Positions 9,388-18,183 of a stretch of 64,000 bases of DNA are shown here, piece after piece. Source of the stretch: Methanobacteriota archaeon (GTDB lineage: Archaea; Thermoplasmatota; Thermoplasmata; RBG-16-68-12); assembly GCA_947084985.1 (NCBI GenBank), contig CAMTUI010000023.1, positions 25,724-89,723 on the forward strand, in the 5' to 3' direction. Position 1 is the first letter of the stretch, and the number at the start of each line of letters is the position of its first letter. The notes beneath the pieces are model-generated. The model ran no database searches, was not told the origin of the DNA, and was given only the letters and a program-made list of their open reading frames with translations. Made by a program: the position numbers and the translations under genes.

Positions 9388-10344
9388 ATGGCGGCAGAGG
9401 TGGGCGTGCGCACGTTACGCGCGGGAAGTCGCTTAGAACGGATCCTCGCCTCGGGCGAGTTCGCCGTGACCGCAGAAATCGCGCCGCCCGCATCCGGGAG
9501 CTCCGACGAGATCCGTCAGCAGGCGGCCATGTACCGCGGGATCGCGGACGCCTGCAACGTCACGGACTGCCAACGGGCCCTCGTCAAGATCTCGTCCCTT
9601 GCCGCTGCGACGATCGCGCTTCAGGAAGGCGTAGAGCCGATCATGCAGATGGTCCTGCGCGACCGGAACCGCATCGCGCTCCAGGCGGACCTCCTCGGTG
9701 CATCCGCCCTCGGGATCCGCAACGTGCTCTGCCTCTGGGGCGACCCACCGACGGCGGGGAACGAGAAGGACGCGAAAGGCGTGTTCGATCTCAACACAGA
9801 AGAATTGATCTCGACGTTCCGCACGTTGCGGGACACGGGCGTCTTGCGGGGCGGCGACAAGGTCGAACACCCACCGAAGGTCTTCATCGGAGCCGCCGCG
9901 GATCCGTTCCGCGGGACGAAGGAAGAATCGTTCGAGAAACTCCGCGGCAAGGTCACGGCGGGCGCCGACTTCATCCAGACCCAAGCGGTGTACGACGTCG
10001 ACGCGTTCGAGGAATGGATGCGCCTCGTGCGGAAGGAATGGCTCCACACGCACGTCCACATCCTGGCGGGCGTCATCCCGCTACACTCCGCGAGGATGGC
10101 GAAGTTCATGGTCGAGAAGATCGGCGTGGTCATCCCGAAGCACATCATGGACCGCATGGAGAAGGCGCCGAACCCGAAGGCGGAGGGGATCAGCATCGCG
10201 TTGCGCACGATCAAGGCGATGCGAAAGATTGAGGGCGTGCGGGGCGTCCACATCATGCCGATCACCTGGGATGAGGTCGTGCCGGAACTCGTGAAGGAAG
10301 CGGGCCTCCACCCTCGGCCGACGCCTCCCGATGCAGACGCGTGA
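9388..10344 (+). CDS. metF: Methylenetetrahydrofolate reductase
   Basis: VTAEIAPP, NVTD, RDRNRIALQADLLGA, GADFIQTQ. Confidence 0.92.
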   Translation: MAAEVGVRTLRAGSRLERILASGEFAVTAEIAPPASGSSDEIRQQAAMYRGIADACNVTDCQRALVKISSLAAATIALQEGVEPIMQMVLRDRNRIALQADLLGASALGIRNVLCLWGDPPTAGNEKDAKGVFDLNTEELISTFRTLRDTGVLRGGDKVEHPPKVFIGAAADPFRGTKEESFEKLRGKVTAGADFIQTQAVYDVDAFEEWMRLVRKEWLHTHVHILAGVIPLHSARMAKFMVEKIGVVIPKHIMDRMEKAPNPKAEGISIALRTIKAMRKIEGVRGVHIMPITWDEVVPELVKEAGLHPRPTPPDADA

Positions 10345-10419
10345 CACGCCCACGAGCGGCTCTTCAAGATTCCTATGAACCTTTAATTGCACCGTCTCCA
10401 TTGCGACTCGGTAAGCAGG

Positions 10420-11955
10420 ATGGTTTCCCCCCGGCGCGCCCTGCTGAGCGTCTCGGACAAGGAGGGCCTCGTGGACTTCTGCCGGGGCCTGCGCGAACTT
10501 GGTTTTGAGCTGCTCGGCACGGAAGGGACCGCGAAGACGCTCCGCGAGGCCGGCCTGCCCGTGACGACGGTTGCGGATTACACAGGGCTCCACGAAGGCC
10601 TCGGGGGTCGCGTGAAGACGCTGCATCCGCGCATCTTCGCGGGTATCCTCGCGCCGCGCGGGGACGAGAAGGACTTGGAGGACCTCGGAGCGAAATCGAT
10701 CGACCTCGTCGTGGTGAACCTCTATCCGTTCGAGGCCACCGTCGCGAAGCCCGGAGTCGGTCTCGAGGAGGCGATCGAGAACATCGACATCGGCGGCGTC
10801 TCCCTGATCCGCGCAGCGGCGAAGAACGCCTCTCGCGTGGCGGTCGTCGTCCGACCGTCCCGCTACGCGGACGTCCTAAAGGCCCTCCGGCTCGAGAAGT
10901 CCGTGCCCGCCCGCCTGCGCGAAGCGCTCGCCCTCGAGGCATTCGAATGCACATCCCGCTACGACGCGGCGATTTACAACTATCTCGCCAAGAAGCAGGG
11001 CCACGCCCTCCCGCCGGCCCTGCGGCTCGCATACGAGAAGATTGCGGACCTCCGCTATGGGGAGAACCCGCACCAGAAGGCGGCCCTCTACCGAGAGCCG
11101 TTCCCCCACGCTGCGACCGCCACCGCGGAGAAACTCCAAGGTAGGGAGCTTTCGTACAACAACCTCATCGACCTCGACGCGGCGCTGCGCGTCGCGACGG
11201 AGTTCGAGAGGCCAACGGCGGTCGTAATCAAGCACACGAATCCCTCCGGGGTGGCGGTGTCCTCGCGCCTCGCGGAGGCGTACGAAGCGGCCCACGATGC
11301 GGACCCGATCTCCGCCTACGGCGGCGTCGTCGGCCTGAATCGCACGGTTGACATCGCGACGGCGCGGAAGATGAAGGGGGACGTGCTCGACGCGGTAATC
11401 GCGCCGGGCTACGAGCCGGAGGCCCTCGAAATCCTGAAGGCGAAGAAGAAGGGGACGTTCCTGATCCTGCGGACGAGCGGAGAACTCCGGAAGGACCACG
11501 GAGTCGACATGGTCCGCGTCCTCGGCGGCGTCCTTCTCCAGACGACCGACTTCCCCGAGCTGCGTCCCGAGCTTTTCAAGGTCGTCACGAAAGTCGCGCC
11601 GACGGCGGACCAGATGAAGGAGATCGTGTTCGGCATCCGCGTGAGCCGCTTCGTCAAGTCGAACTCAATCGTCCTCTCGAAGGGCGAGCGGACCGTGGGC
11701 ATCGGCGCAGGGCAGATGAGCCGCGTCGACTCGTGCCGGATCGCCTGTGCCAAGGCGGAAGACAAGGCGCGAGGCAGCGTCGCGGTGAGCGATGCGTACT
11801 TCCCGTTCCGCGACGGACTCGACGCGCTCGCGAAGGCCGGCGTAGCGGCCGTCGCCCAACCCGGTGGATCGATCCGCGACGCGGAGGTCATTGCCGCCGC
11901 GGACGAGCACGGGATTGCGATGGTCTTTACGGGAGTTCGCCTGTTCAAGCATTGA
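10420..11955 (+). CDS. purH: Bifunctional AICAR formyltransferase/IMP cyclohydrolase
   Basis: RALLSVSDK, GRVKTLHP, IENIDIGG, LRYGENPHQ, KHTNP, GAGQMSRVDS, QPGGSIRD. Confidence 0.97.
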   Translation: MVSPRRALLSVSDKEGLVDFCRGLRELGFELLGTEGTAKTLREAGLPVTTVADYTGLHEGLGGRVKTLHPRIFAGILAPRGDEKDLEDLGAKSIDLVVVNLYPFEATVAKPGVGLEEAIENIDIGGVSLIRAAAKNASRVAVVVRPSRYADVLKALRLEKSVPARLREALALEAFECTSRYDAAIYNYLAKKQGHALPPALRLAYEKIADLRYGENPHQKAALYREPFPHAATATAEKLQGRELSYNNLIDLDAALRVATEFERPTAVVIKHTNPSGVAVSSRLAEAYEAAHDADPISAYGGVVGLNRTVDIATARKMKGDVLDAVIAPGYEPEALEILKAKKKGTFLILRTSGELRKDHGVDMVRVLGGVLLQTTDFPELRPELFKVVTKVAPTADQMKEIVFGIRVSRFVKSNSIVLSKGERTVGIGAGQMSRVDSCRIACAKAEDKARGSVAVSDAYFPFRDGLDALAKAGVAAVAQPGGSIRDAEVIAAADEHGIAMVFTGVRLFKH

Positions 11956-11964
11956 GGAGATCCC

Positions 11965-12606
11965 GTGGCCCGCATCAAGGTCGGCGTCCTGGCCTCCGGG
12001 AGGGGCACGGACTTCCAGAGCCTCGCGGACGCGCGGGATCGCGGAGAACTCGACGTCGAGCTCGCAATCCTCGTGTGCAACGTGCCGGGCGCGCCCGTCC
12101 TCGAGCGGGCGAAGAGCGCCGGTGTGCCCTCGACGGTCGTCGACCATCGGCCCTTCGGCAAGGACCGCGAAGCGTTCGAGCGGGAGGTCGTGAGTGTCCT
12201 CAACGGGAAGCACGTGGACCTGGTCGTCTTCGCGGGATTCATGCGCCTCGTGACACCGTACTTCGTGAAGGCGTTCCCGAACCGGATCATGAACATCCAT
12301 CCGTCCCTCCTCCCCGCGTTCCCCGGGGCGAACGCGCACCGGGACGTCCTGGCGGCCGGGGCGAAGGTCTCCGGCTTGACGATTCATTTCGTGGATGCCT
12401 CGTTGGACGGAGGCCCGATTATCCTCCAGAAGGCCGTCCCGGTCCGGGACGACGACACGGAGGACATGTTGGCCGCGCGAGTCCTCGAACAGGAGCACAT
12501 CTTCCTCCCGCTCGCGGTGCGCTTGTTCGCGGAGGGACGACTTCGCGTGGAAGGACGCCGTGTGGTCATAGACCGCCGCGGGATCGATCTCCCGCCGATG
12601 GCCTAA
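11965..12606 (+). CDS. purN: Phosphoribosylglycinamide formyltransferase
   Basis: VLASGRGT, AGFMR, MNIHPSLLPAFPG, DGGPIILQ. Confidence 0.96.
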   Translation: MARIKVGVLASGRGTDFQSLADARDRGELDVELAILVCNVPGAPVLERAKSAGVPSTVVDHRPFGKDREAFEREVVSVLNGKHVDLVVFAGFMRLVTPYFVKAFPNRIMNIHPSLLPAFPGANAHRDVLAAGAKVSGLTIHFVDASLDGGPIILQKAVPVRDDDTEDMLAARVLEQEHIFLPLAVRLFAEGRLRVEGRRVVIDRRGIDLPPMA

Positions 12607-13343
12607 CCGAACTCCTCGAGGACCGCGGGGATTTCTTCGAGTGTGCGCACCTTCACGTCCGGATGTACGTCATCCGGAAGAAGATTGTGGACCCGGCGCA
12701 GCCAATCGACGGACCGCGGATCCGGCGGATCCCGAGGCACGCGTTCGAGGAGTGCGGTCCTCAGGCCGACGCCCTTCGCTCCGAACACGTCGGGCACGAG
12801 CTGATCGCCCACGTGGAGAACCTGCTTCGGCAAGAGGGAGAGCCGCGTGAGCAGCTCCTGGAAGACGACCGGGTGGGGTGCCGCATGGCGGGTCTCGCGA
12901 GTCGAGATGACGACATCGATCCAGGGCGAGATACGTTGCTCCCATGACGTGCCCAGCGGGAAGGACGAATCGTCCACCAACGCGACGCGGTATCCGGATT
13001 CATGGAGGGAGTCGAGCGTGGGCAGGGTATCGGGACGCCATTCGATCGACGCGGCGAGGGATTCGGCGGCGGCGGTCAGGACGCGCTCGATCCCATTCGC
13101 TTGGTCGGGGAACGAACGCGCGAGGACGGACTCCAGAGGCTCCTCTGTGAGATCCGACCAGCGCGCTTCGAGGCGGCGCGACTCCTCGCGCTGCCAGGAT
13201 GCGAGGAACGCCTCCCGAGACGGCGGCGCGCCGCGGGACTCGAGCGCGGCGTGGATCGCAAGAGGGACCGCATCGGGCGGGTGGGTGCGACGGAGCGCGG
13301 CACGGGACGAAAGGCTCACGACTCGGATGTCGCGGACCCACAT
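12603..13343 (-). CDS. HAD-superfamily hydrolase-like protein (degenerate motif I)
   Basis: C-terminal P.P.VF...VLHVGDQLVPDVFGAKGVGL HAD motifs; N-terminal DxD absent; start at 13343 inferred. Confidence 0.7.
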   Translation of the reverse strand: MWVRDIRVVSLSSRAALRRTHPPDAVPLAIHAALESRGAPPSREAFLASWQREESRRLEARWSDLTEEPLESVLARSFPDQANGIERVLTAAAESLAASIEWRPDTLPTLDSLHESGYRVALVDDSSFPLGTSWEQRISPWIDVVISTRETRHAAPHPVVFQELLTRLSLLPKQVLHVGDQLVPDVFGAKGVGLRTALLERVPRDPPDPRSVDWLRRVHNLLPDDVHPDVKVRTLEEIPAVLEEFG

Positions 13344-13398
13344 GGACGCCGACCCAGGGAAGGGGTGTGCGATGAACGTTTCGAAAACGCGCGATCGG

Positions 13399-13453
13399 AA
13401 AGAAAGGGCCGTCCAGGAATCCTGAACGGCCTCGTTTGTGGAGGGATGCTTGT
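13399..13453 (-). ncRNA. Candidate small RNA, copy 1 (~55 nt)
   Basis: TTTTATA box with upstream CGAAAAG 28 nt before ACAAGCATCCCTCCACAAACGA; 11-bp stem GGCCGTTCAGG/CCTGGACGGCC; CTTTCTTT tail. Confidence 0.6.
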
Positions 13454-13456
13454 CTA

Positions 13457-13481
13457 AGCGTCTCGACAATAGCGAGACGCT
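13457..13481. promoter_or_regulatory. 9-7-9 inverted repeat between the TATA box and the start of sRNA copy 1 (candidate operator)
   Basis: AGCGTCTCG-ACAATAG-CGAGACGCT. Confidence 0.5.
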
Positions 13482-13549
13482 ATAAAACGCTTTTCGAAGT
13501 ACCCGGTTCTGGGCGAGTCGGCGGACCGGAGATAACATCCGGCCTTAGG

Positions 13550-13619
13550 AGAAAAAGGGCAAGGCCGTTCGCCGTTTCAGGAAAAGGAGGGAACGGCCTC
13601 GTTGTGGAGGGATGCTTGT
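13550..13619 (-). ncRNA. Candidate small RNA, copy 2 (~70 nt)
   Basis: AAAATTGATATA box ~23 nt upstream; same 5' ACAAGCATCCCTCCACAACGAGGCCGTTC; stem AGGCCGTTC/GAACGGCCT; CCCTTTTTCT tail. Confidence 0.6.
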
Positions 13620-13776
13620 AATGACTCCTAGCGGGCCGTTGTATATCAATTTTAGCCATCTCGATTCGGGGCCTGTTCCCATGGAGGCGGACCGACTCGC
13701 CGCGGCGCGGAGCAAGTCCACACCGGCCGTCGGAAGGCTTATGGCAGCCGGGACGCTTCGACGGGACGGAGCGGGC

Positions 13777-14274
13777 ATGAAGGGCGTCGGGAAGTTCGGT
13801 GAGGTCCTGGCCGGGGAGAAGGGCAAGGTCAGCTACGACGAGGTCGCCACGCGCTTGGAGAAAATCATCCGCTCCGGGAGCCAGAGGAAGGCGATCACGG
13901 ACTTTGTCTGCCGCGAGCTCCGGAAGATCCCCCACTACACCTGGGTCGGGATTTACTTGGTCGAAGGACCGGAACTCGTCCTTGCCTCCTGGTCCGGGCC
14001 GTCCGCCACCCTGCACACCCGAATCCCGGTGGGCCAGGGGATCTGTGGCGCCGGCGTGACGGAGAAGGCCACGGTCATGGTCCCCGACGTGAACAAGGAC
14101 CCGCGGTACCTGCAATGTTTCATCAACACGAGCTCGGAGATCGTCGTGCCGCTCCTGAAAGACGGCGTTCCCGTGGCGGAAATCGACATCGATTCGGACC
14201 AGCTCGATGCCTTCAACCCGACGGACAAGACGTTCCTCGAGTGGGTTGCTCAGGAACTCGTCGCGGTCCTGTGA
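13777..14274 (+). CDS. GAF domain protein, free methionine-(R)-sulfoxide reductase-like
   Basis: YTWVGIYL, RIPVGQGICG, VPDVNKDPRYLQC, SEIVVP, IDIDS. Confidence 0.85.
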   Translation: MKGVGKFGEVLAGEKGKVSYDEVATRLEKIIRSGSQRKAITDFVCRELRKIPHYTWVGIYLVEGPELVLASWSGPSATLHTRIPVGQGICGAGVTEKATVMVPDVNKDPRYLQCFINTSSEIVVPLLKDGVPVAEIDIDSDQLDAFNPTDKTFLEWVAQELVAVL

Positions 14275-14433
14275 GACAACTCCCGTCGTCTTGGCGACGA
14301 GACGGGTCTCGTGGGGGCGGCACGTCCCTTTGACTATCACGTTTCGACGTCCGTCCAATAATCCATTAATCCGCCCGACGCGCGTCGATCCGCAGACGCG
14401 GGACGCGCCGTCCCAGTCCTTGGTGCATCGCTC

Positions 14434-15510
14434 ATGTCCCTGCCACCGCCTCCGACGGACCCGGCCGCCCTCGCCGCGCAGCAGCGCCGGGTGGGGCGGA
14501 ACCGCGCGATCCGCGCCGTGTTCCTCTCCGCCGTCGTCGTCGGATCCGTCGTCGCGATCTGGGCCCTCTCCGCGGGGGAAGTGCCCACGAGGTCCGAGTG
14601 GGCGTTCCGGATGACCCAGGTCCGCGATCTGCAGGATGCGGGCCTCGACGGACGCGGGGAGGTCGTCTGCCTCGTCGACACAGGGATCGATCCGGGCCAT
14701 CCGGATCTGTCGGGGGTGCCGATCCGAGGATGGCGGGATTTCGTGCGAGGCCGCGCGGACCCGTACGATGACGACGGGCACGGGACCGCGATGGCGGGGA
14801 TTATCGCCGCACGCGGTGCGCTCACGGGTGTCGCGCCCGCGGTGGCCCTGATCGTCGCGAAGGCCCTCGACGCGCACGGCATGGGGACGAGCGCTGGCCT
14901 CGCGTCGGCAATCGACTTCTGTGTCGATCCGGACGGCGATGGGAACCGGACGGACGGGGCCGACGTCGTGAGCCTTTCCCTCGCGGCCGCGTCGAACGTC
15001 ACGCTGGGTTCCGACGTGACGGCGGCCGTGACGGCCGCCTTGAGCTGGGGGGTCGTGATCGTCGCGAGTGCGGGCAACGATGGTCTGGCGGATGACGGGG
15101 ACGTGCAGAACCCCGCCTCCATCGAGGGCGTGATCGCGGTGGGTTCGGTCGACGAGTTTGGCGCGGTCGCCCTGTTCAGCTCGAAGGGCGCCTCCGTCGG
15201 TCGGACAGATCCGAACCGCAAACCGGAACTCGTCGCGCCGGGCGTGGACCTACTCACGACGGCGCGGGGCGGGGGCTATCAGCTGGTGAGCGGTACGTCT
15301 GCGTCGGCCGCCTTTGTCTCCGGTATCGTAGCCCTCCTCTTGGAAGCCCATCCGAACGTCGGTACCGCCGCGAACTTCGCGATGATCCTCTCTCTGAAGA
15401 CCGCCCTGATGGACGCGGCACACGAGGCGCTTGGGCAAGTCGCGCCGCATGACCCGCACTACGGCTATGGGGTCGTCGCCGCGGCGAGCGCCAGCGTCTT
15501 GCTCCCTTGA
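14434..15510 (+). CDS. Membrane-anchored S8 (subtilisin-like) serine peptidase
   Basis: Catalytic motifs VDTGID, HGTAMAG, SAGN, SGTSASA; N-terminal TM helix. Confidence 0.92.
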   Translation: MSLPPPPTDPAALAAQQRRVGRNRAIRAVFLSAVVVGSVVAIWALSAGEVPTRSEWAFRMTQVRDLQDAGLDGRGEVVCLVDTGIDPGHPDLSGVPIRGWRDFVRGRADPYDDDGHGTAMAGIIAARGALTGVAPAVALIVAKALDAHGMGTSAGLASAIDFCVDPDGDGNRTDGADVVSLSLAAASNVTLGSDVTAAVTAALSWGVVIVASAGNDGLADDGDVQNPASIEGVIAVGSVDEFGAVALFSSKGASVGRTDPNRKPELVAPGVDLLTTARGGGYQLVSGTSASAAFVSGIVALLLEAHPNVGTAANFAMILSLKTALMDAAHEALGQVAPHDPHYGYGVVAAASASVLLP

Positions 15511-15512
15511 CA

Positions 15513-17213
15513 TTAGTGGCCGTTCGTCGGCGGGAACGCCCCGAGAGGCGACACGATGGAAGGCCGGGCGGACCATCCGATTGCGGCGAGGTCGAGGGCG
15601 AGCTGCACCCGCCGCTCCGGAGGCACGGAGGATGCCCCGAGGGCCTCGATTGCGCGAAGGCGCGGGAGAAGACCCGCACGATTCGCATTCTGGATCTCGA
15701 GACCTGGCCGACGGTTGATCTCGAGGACGACCGGACCGTACCGCGCATCGAGGACAATGTCCACGCCGGCAAAACCGAGGCGCGAGGCCACCTGGGCCTC
15801 CGACGCGATCTCCAGGATATCGCGCCACTGGGGGATGAGGAATCCTTCGATCCGAACGCCGGTGTCGGGATGGACGTCCACGCGCACGCCGTCCCACACG
15901 GCGGAGGTGATTCGCCCGGTGGACAGGTCGATCCCCGCGCCGACGGCGCCCGCATGGAGGTTCGCACGACCCCTGGACATCTTCGTCGGGAAGCGGGCCA
16001 TGGCCATCACCGGGTGGCCGAGGAGGCAGACGATCCTTACGTCGGCGACCCCTTCCGGGGTGAGCGGTTTGAGCCGCGGGTCGGGATCGAGCAGTTCCTC
16101 CAGAATCGCGACGTCCGGACGGCCGTCGTTGAATTCGCCGTCGACGATCCGCTGGATATGCTTCAGGAGTTCCTCGTTCGTTTCCACGTGCCCGTTGACG
16201 AGGAACTTGTCGGCCCTGCGACCGCGTACGAGGACGATCCCTTCGCCTCCGTAAGCCGACGCGGGCTTGATGGCGGCGCTCTGCAGGCGATCCAGGAGGG
16301 CGGACGCCTTTGCGAGGTCGCTCCGACCGCGGACGTACAGATAGGTGCGGGGCATGGGGACGCCGTCGGGGACAAGGATTTCCTTGACGCGCGCCTTGTC
16401 GAGGCTCGCGAGGAGGGCCGGAGGGTTGTATCGGTCCACGAAGTCGCGGTTCCGGAGGTTCATCGTGAGAACGCTCCCGCCGAGACGTGAGTCGTCCTCG
16501 TCCGGCCGGGCGCCGCGGAACCGGAAGCGCTCGGACAGGCGGAAACGTACTTGGGTGCCGAGGAGCCAGTTCAAGACCACGAGGCCGGTCCACGCGAGTG
16601 GGTTCAGGATCACGAAGGTGACCAAGGCCGTCTGGACCATCACGACGTACGAGACGACGATCGCGACGACCGTGTACGACAACGCCCGGAGCCCGGGATA
16701 CCAACCCACGCGGGTGACCTCCTCGACGAACCGCTCCGCGAACCACGCGGTGATCAGGATCGGGAAGAGGGCGACGTAGGCGAGGCCGGGGACGAACGTG
16801 AACGCGCCGAGGAGGGTCCCGGTGACGGCCGCGAGCCCGACGACGGTGATGAGGATCGCGACCCGATGCGATTCCTGGACGCTCTCATGGAGCAACGAGG
16901 CACGCGCGAGGACGACCACGACGAGCATGAACACGAAGATCAGGAATCCGAGGAACGGGCCGGCGACCACCATGGAAGCGGCGACGACCACCGCACCGAA
17001 GGTCCCGTACGTCTTCAGACCGACGACGTTCCGGACGGCGGCGACCAGGGTCGCTCCCAGGGCGATCTGGAAGAAGATGTGGAGTGAGAGGAGCGGTGTG
17101 GCGAGAGCAGCGACATGCCACTGGAGCCACCCTGTGAGCGCGGTCAGAACGAGAAGGAAAGCGGCGAAGGGTACGTGGCGAAGCCGATTGTTCGTCAGTG
17201 ATACCGCTCCCAA
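15513..17213 (-). CDS. 7TM (transglutaminase-associated type) domain fused to a sugar-transfer-associated ATP-grasp (alpha-L-glutamate ligase-like) domain
   Basis: RNVVGLKTYGTF and LFPILIT..AERF in the 7TM part; MNLRN..FV.RYNP, IKPA..GGEGI, DVRI, AMARFPT..S.GRANLHAGA, GVDIVLD...GPVVLEINRRPGLEIQNAN. Confidence 0.88.
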   Translation of the reverse strand: MGAVSLTNNRLRHVPFAAFLLVLTALTGWLQWHVAALATPLLSLHIFFQIALGATLVAAVRNVVGLKTYGTFGAVVVAASMVVAGPFLGFLIFVFMLVVVVLARASLLHESVQESHRVAILITVVGLAAVTGTLLGAFTFVPGLAYVALFPILITAWFAERFVEEVTRVGWYPGLRALSYTVVAIVVSYVVMVQTALVTFVILNPLAWTGLVVLNWLLGTQVRFRLSERFRFRGARPDEDDSRLGGSVLTMNLRNRDFVDRYNPPALLASLDKARVKEILVPDGVPMPRTYLYVRGRSDLAKASALLDRLQSAAIKPASAYGGEGIVLVRGRRADKFLVNGHVETNEELLKHIQRIVDGEFNDGRPDVAILEELLDPDPRLKPLTPEGVADVRIVCLLGHPVMAMARFPTKMSRGRANLHAGAVGAGIDLSTGRITSAVWDGVRVDVHPDTGVRIEGFLIPQWRDILEIASEAQVASRLGFAGVDIVLDARYGPVVLEINRRPGLEIQNANRAGLLPRLRAIEALGASSVPPERRVQLALDLAAIGWSARPSIVSPLGAFPPTNGH

Positions 17214-17303
17214 CGACCGCTATATTCCCGCGGAAACGGTCGCAGCTCTGCGTACGGACCCGGGGTATTAAGGATTCATTGAACGGTTTTCGAAGTTCGC
17301 GGG

Positions 17304-17861
17304 TCAGAGGCGGAACTCGCCCCAGACGCGGATGAACGTATCAATCTGGTCCGGCGTCGCCAGCTCGTACGTCGCCATGATCCGTGCGATCGCCTTCGGG
17401 TCCGAGACCCGATAGCCGTGTTCCCTCGGCTCCGCGTGCTCGACCAAGCCAGCGCCCTGAATCTTCTTCAGGTGGTGCGACAGGGTGGACGCAGACACGG
17501 GCGTGTGCTCGAGGATCTCCTTGTGGGTCGCGGCTTCCCGCTCCATCAGGAACGCGAGGATGCGGAGGGGCACCGGCTGCCGCAGGAACGCGAGAATCTG
17601 CTTCTCCTGGTCAGTGAGGGCAGGCCGCTCGTCGGCGCCTCGGGGCATGGATCGCGGGTAGAACCGCTTGTATTCTCCGTCCATCGAGGACGCGATCAGC
17701 TCGTGCTTCTCGAGGAAGCGTAGATGGTAGTCGGCCAGGGTGATCGACAGGCCGAGCGCTCGTGCGACCTCACGCAAGTGGAATCCGGGGTTCTTCCGCA
17801 CGAAGTCGTACAGGTCCTTCCGTTTCTTGACCGCCAGGACCTCCTCGTCCATGGAGACCAC
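17304..17861 (-). CDS. Double winged-HTH transcriptional regulator (ArsR-like, COG3398 type)
   Basis: RKDLYDFVRKNPGFHLREVARALGLS...YHLRFLE; second HTH THKEILEHTPVSASTLSHHLKKI. Confidence 0.88.
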   Translation of the reverse strand: MVSMDEEVLAVKKRKDLYDFVRKNPGFHLREVARALGLSITLADYHLRFLEKHELIASSMDGEYKRFYPRSMPRGADERPALTDQEKQILAFLRQPVPLRILAFLMEREAATHKEILEHTPVSASTLSHHLKKIQGAGLVEHAEPREHGYRVSDPKAIARIMATYELATPDQIDTFIRVWGEFRL

Positions 17862-17868
17862 GCGGCCT

Positions 17869-18135
17869 TCAGCGGCGCAGGGTGAACCCGTAGAACAGGG
17901 CGAGGATCACCAGGTCGAGGGAACCGGACAGGATGAACAGGTCCGTCAGGCCAATCGAGCCCGCGAACAGGGCGAGGGTCAGGAGCAGGCCTTTCACGAA
18001 GAACACGCCGAACGCGGCCGCCAGGAACACGATATGGATGTCTCGCGTGCGTCGGAACGCGAGGATCGCGATCCCGCTCAGGGCCAAGGCGAACACTGAC
18101 ACGGCGCCGACGAGGATGTTCTCGATGGCCACCAT
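17869..18135 (-). CDS. Small 3-TM membrane protein co-transcribed with the wHTH regulator
   Basis: Three hydrophobic helices, AFRRTRD motif; 7 nt upstream of the regulator gene. Confidence 0.75.
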   Translation of the reverse strand: MVAIENILVGAVSVFALALSGIAILAFRRTRDIHIVFLAAAFGVFFVKGLLLTLALFAGSIGLTDLFILSGSLDLVILALFYGFTLRR

Positions 18136-18183
18136 GGGGACGACCGTTTCCCGTAAAGGAGCGTGATGTTAAGGATTCCGGCC

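Noticed and set aside
13424..13619. 30-bp direct repeat read as a CRISPR array
   Set aside because: Only two copies, a 137-nt spacer and no cas genes in the window; each copy has its own promoter-like and terminator-like signals
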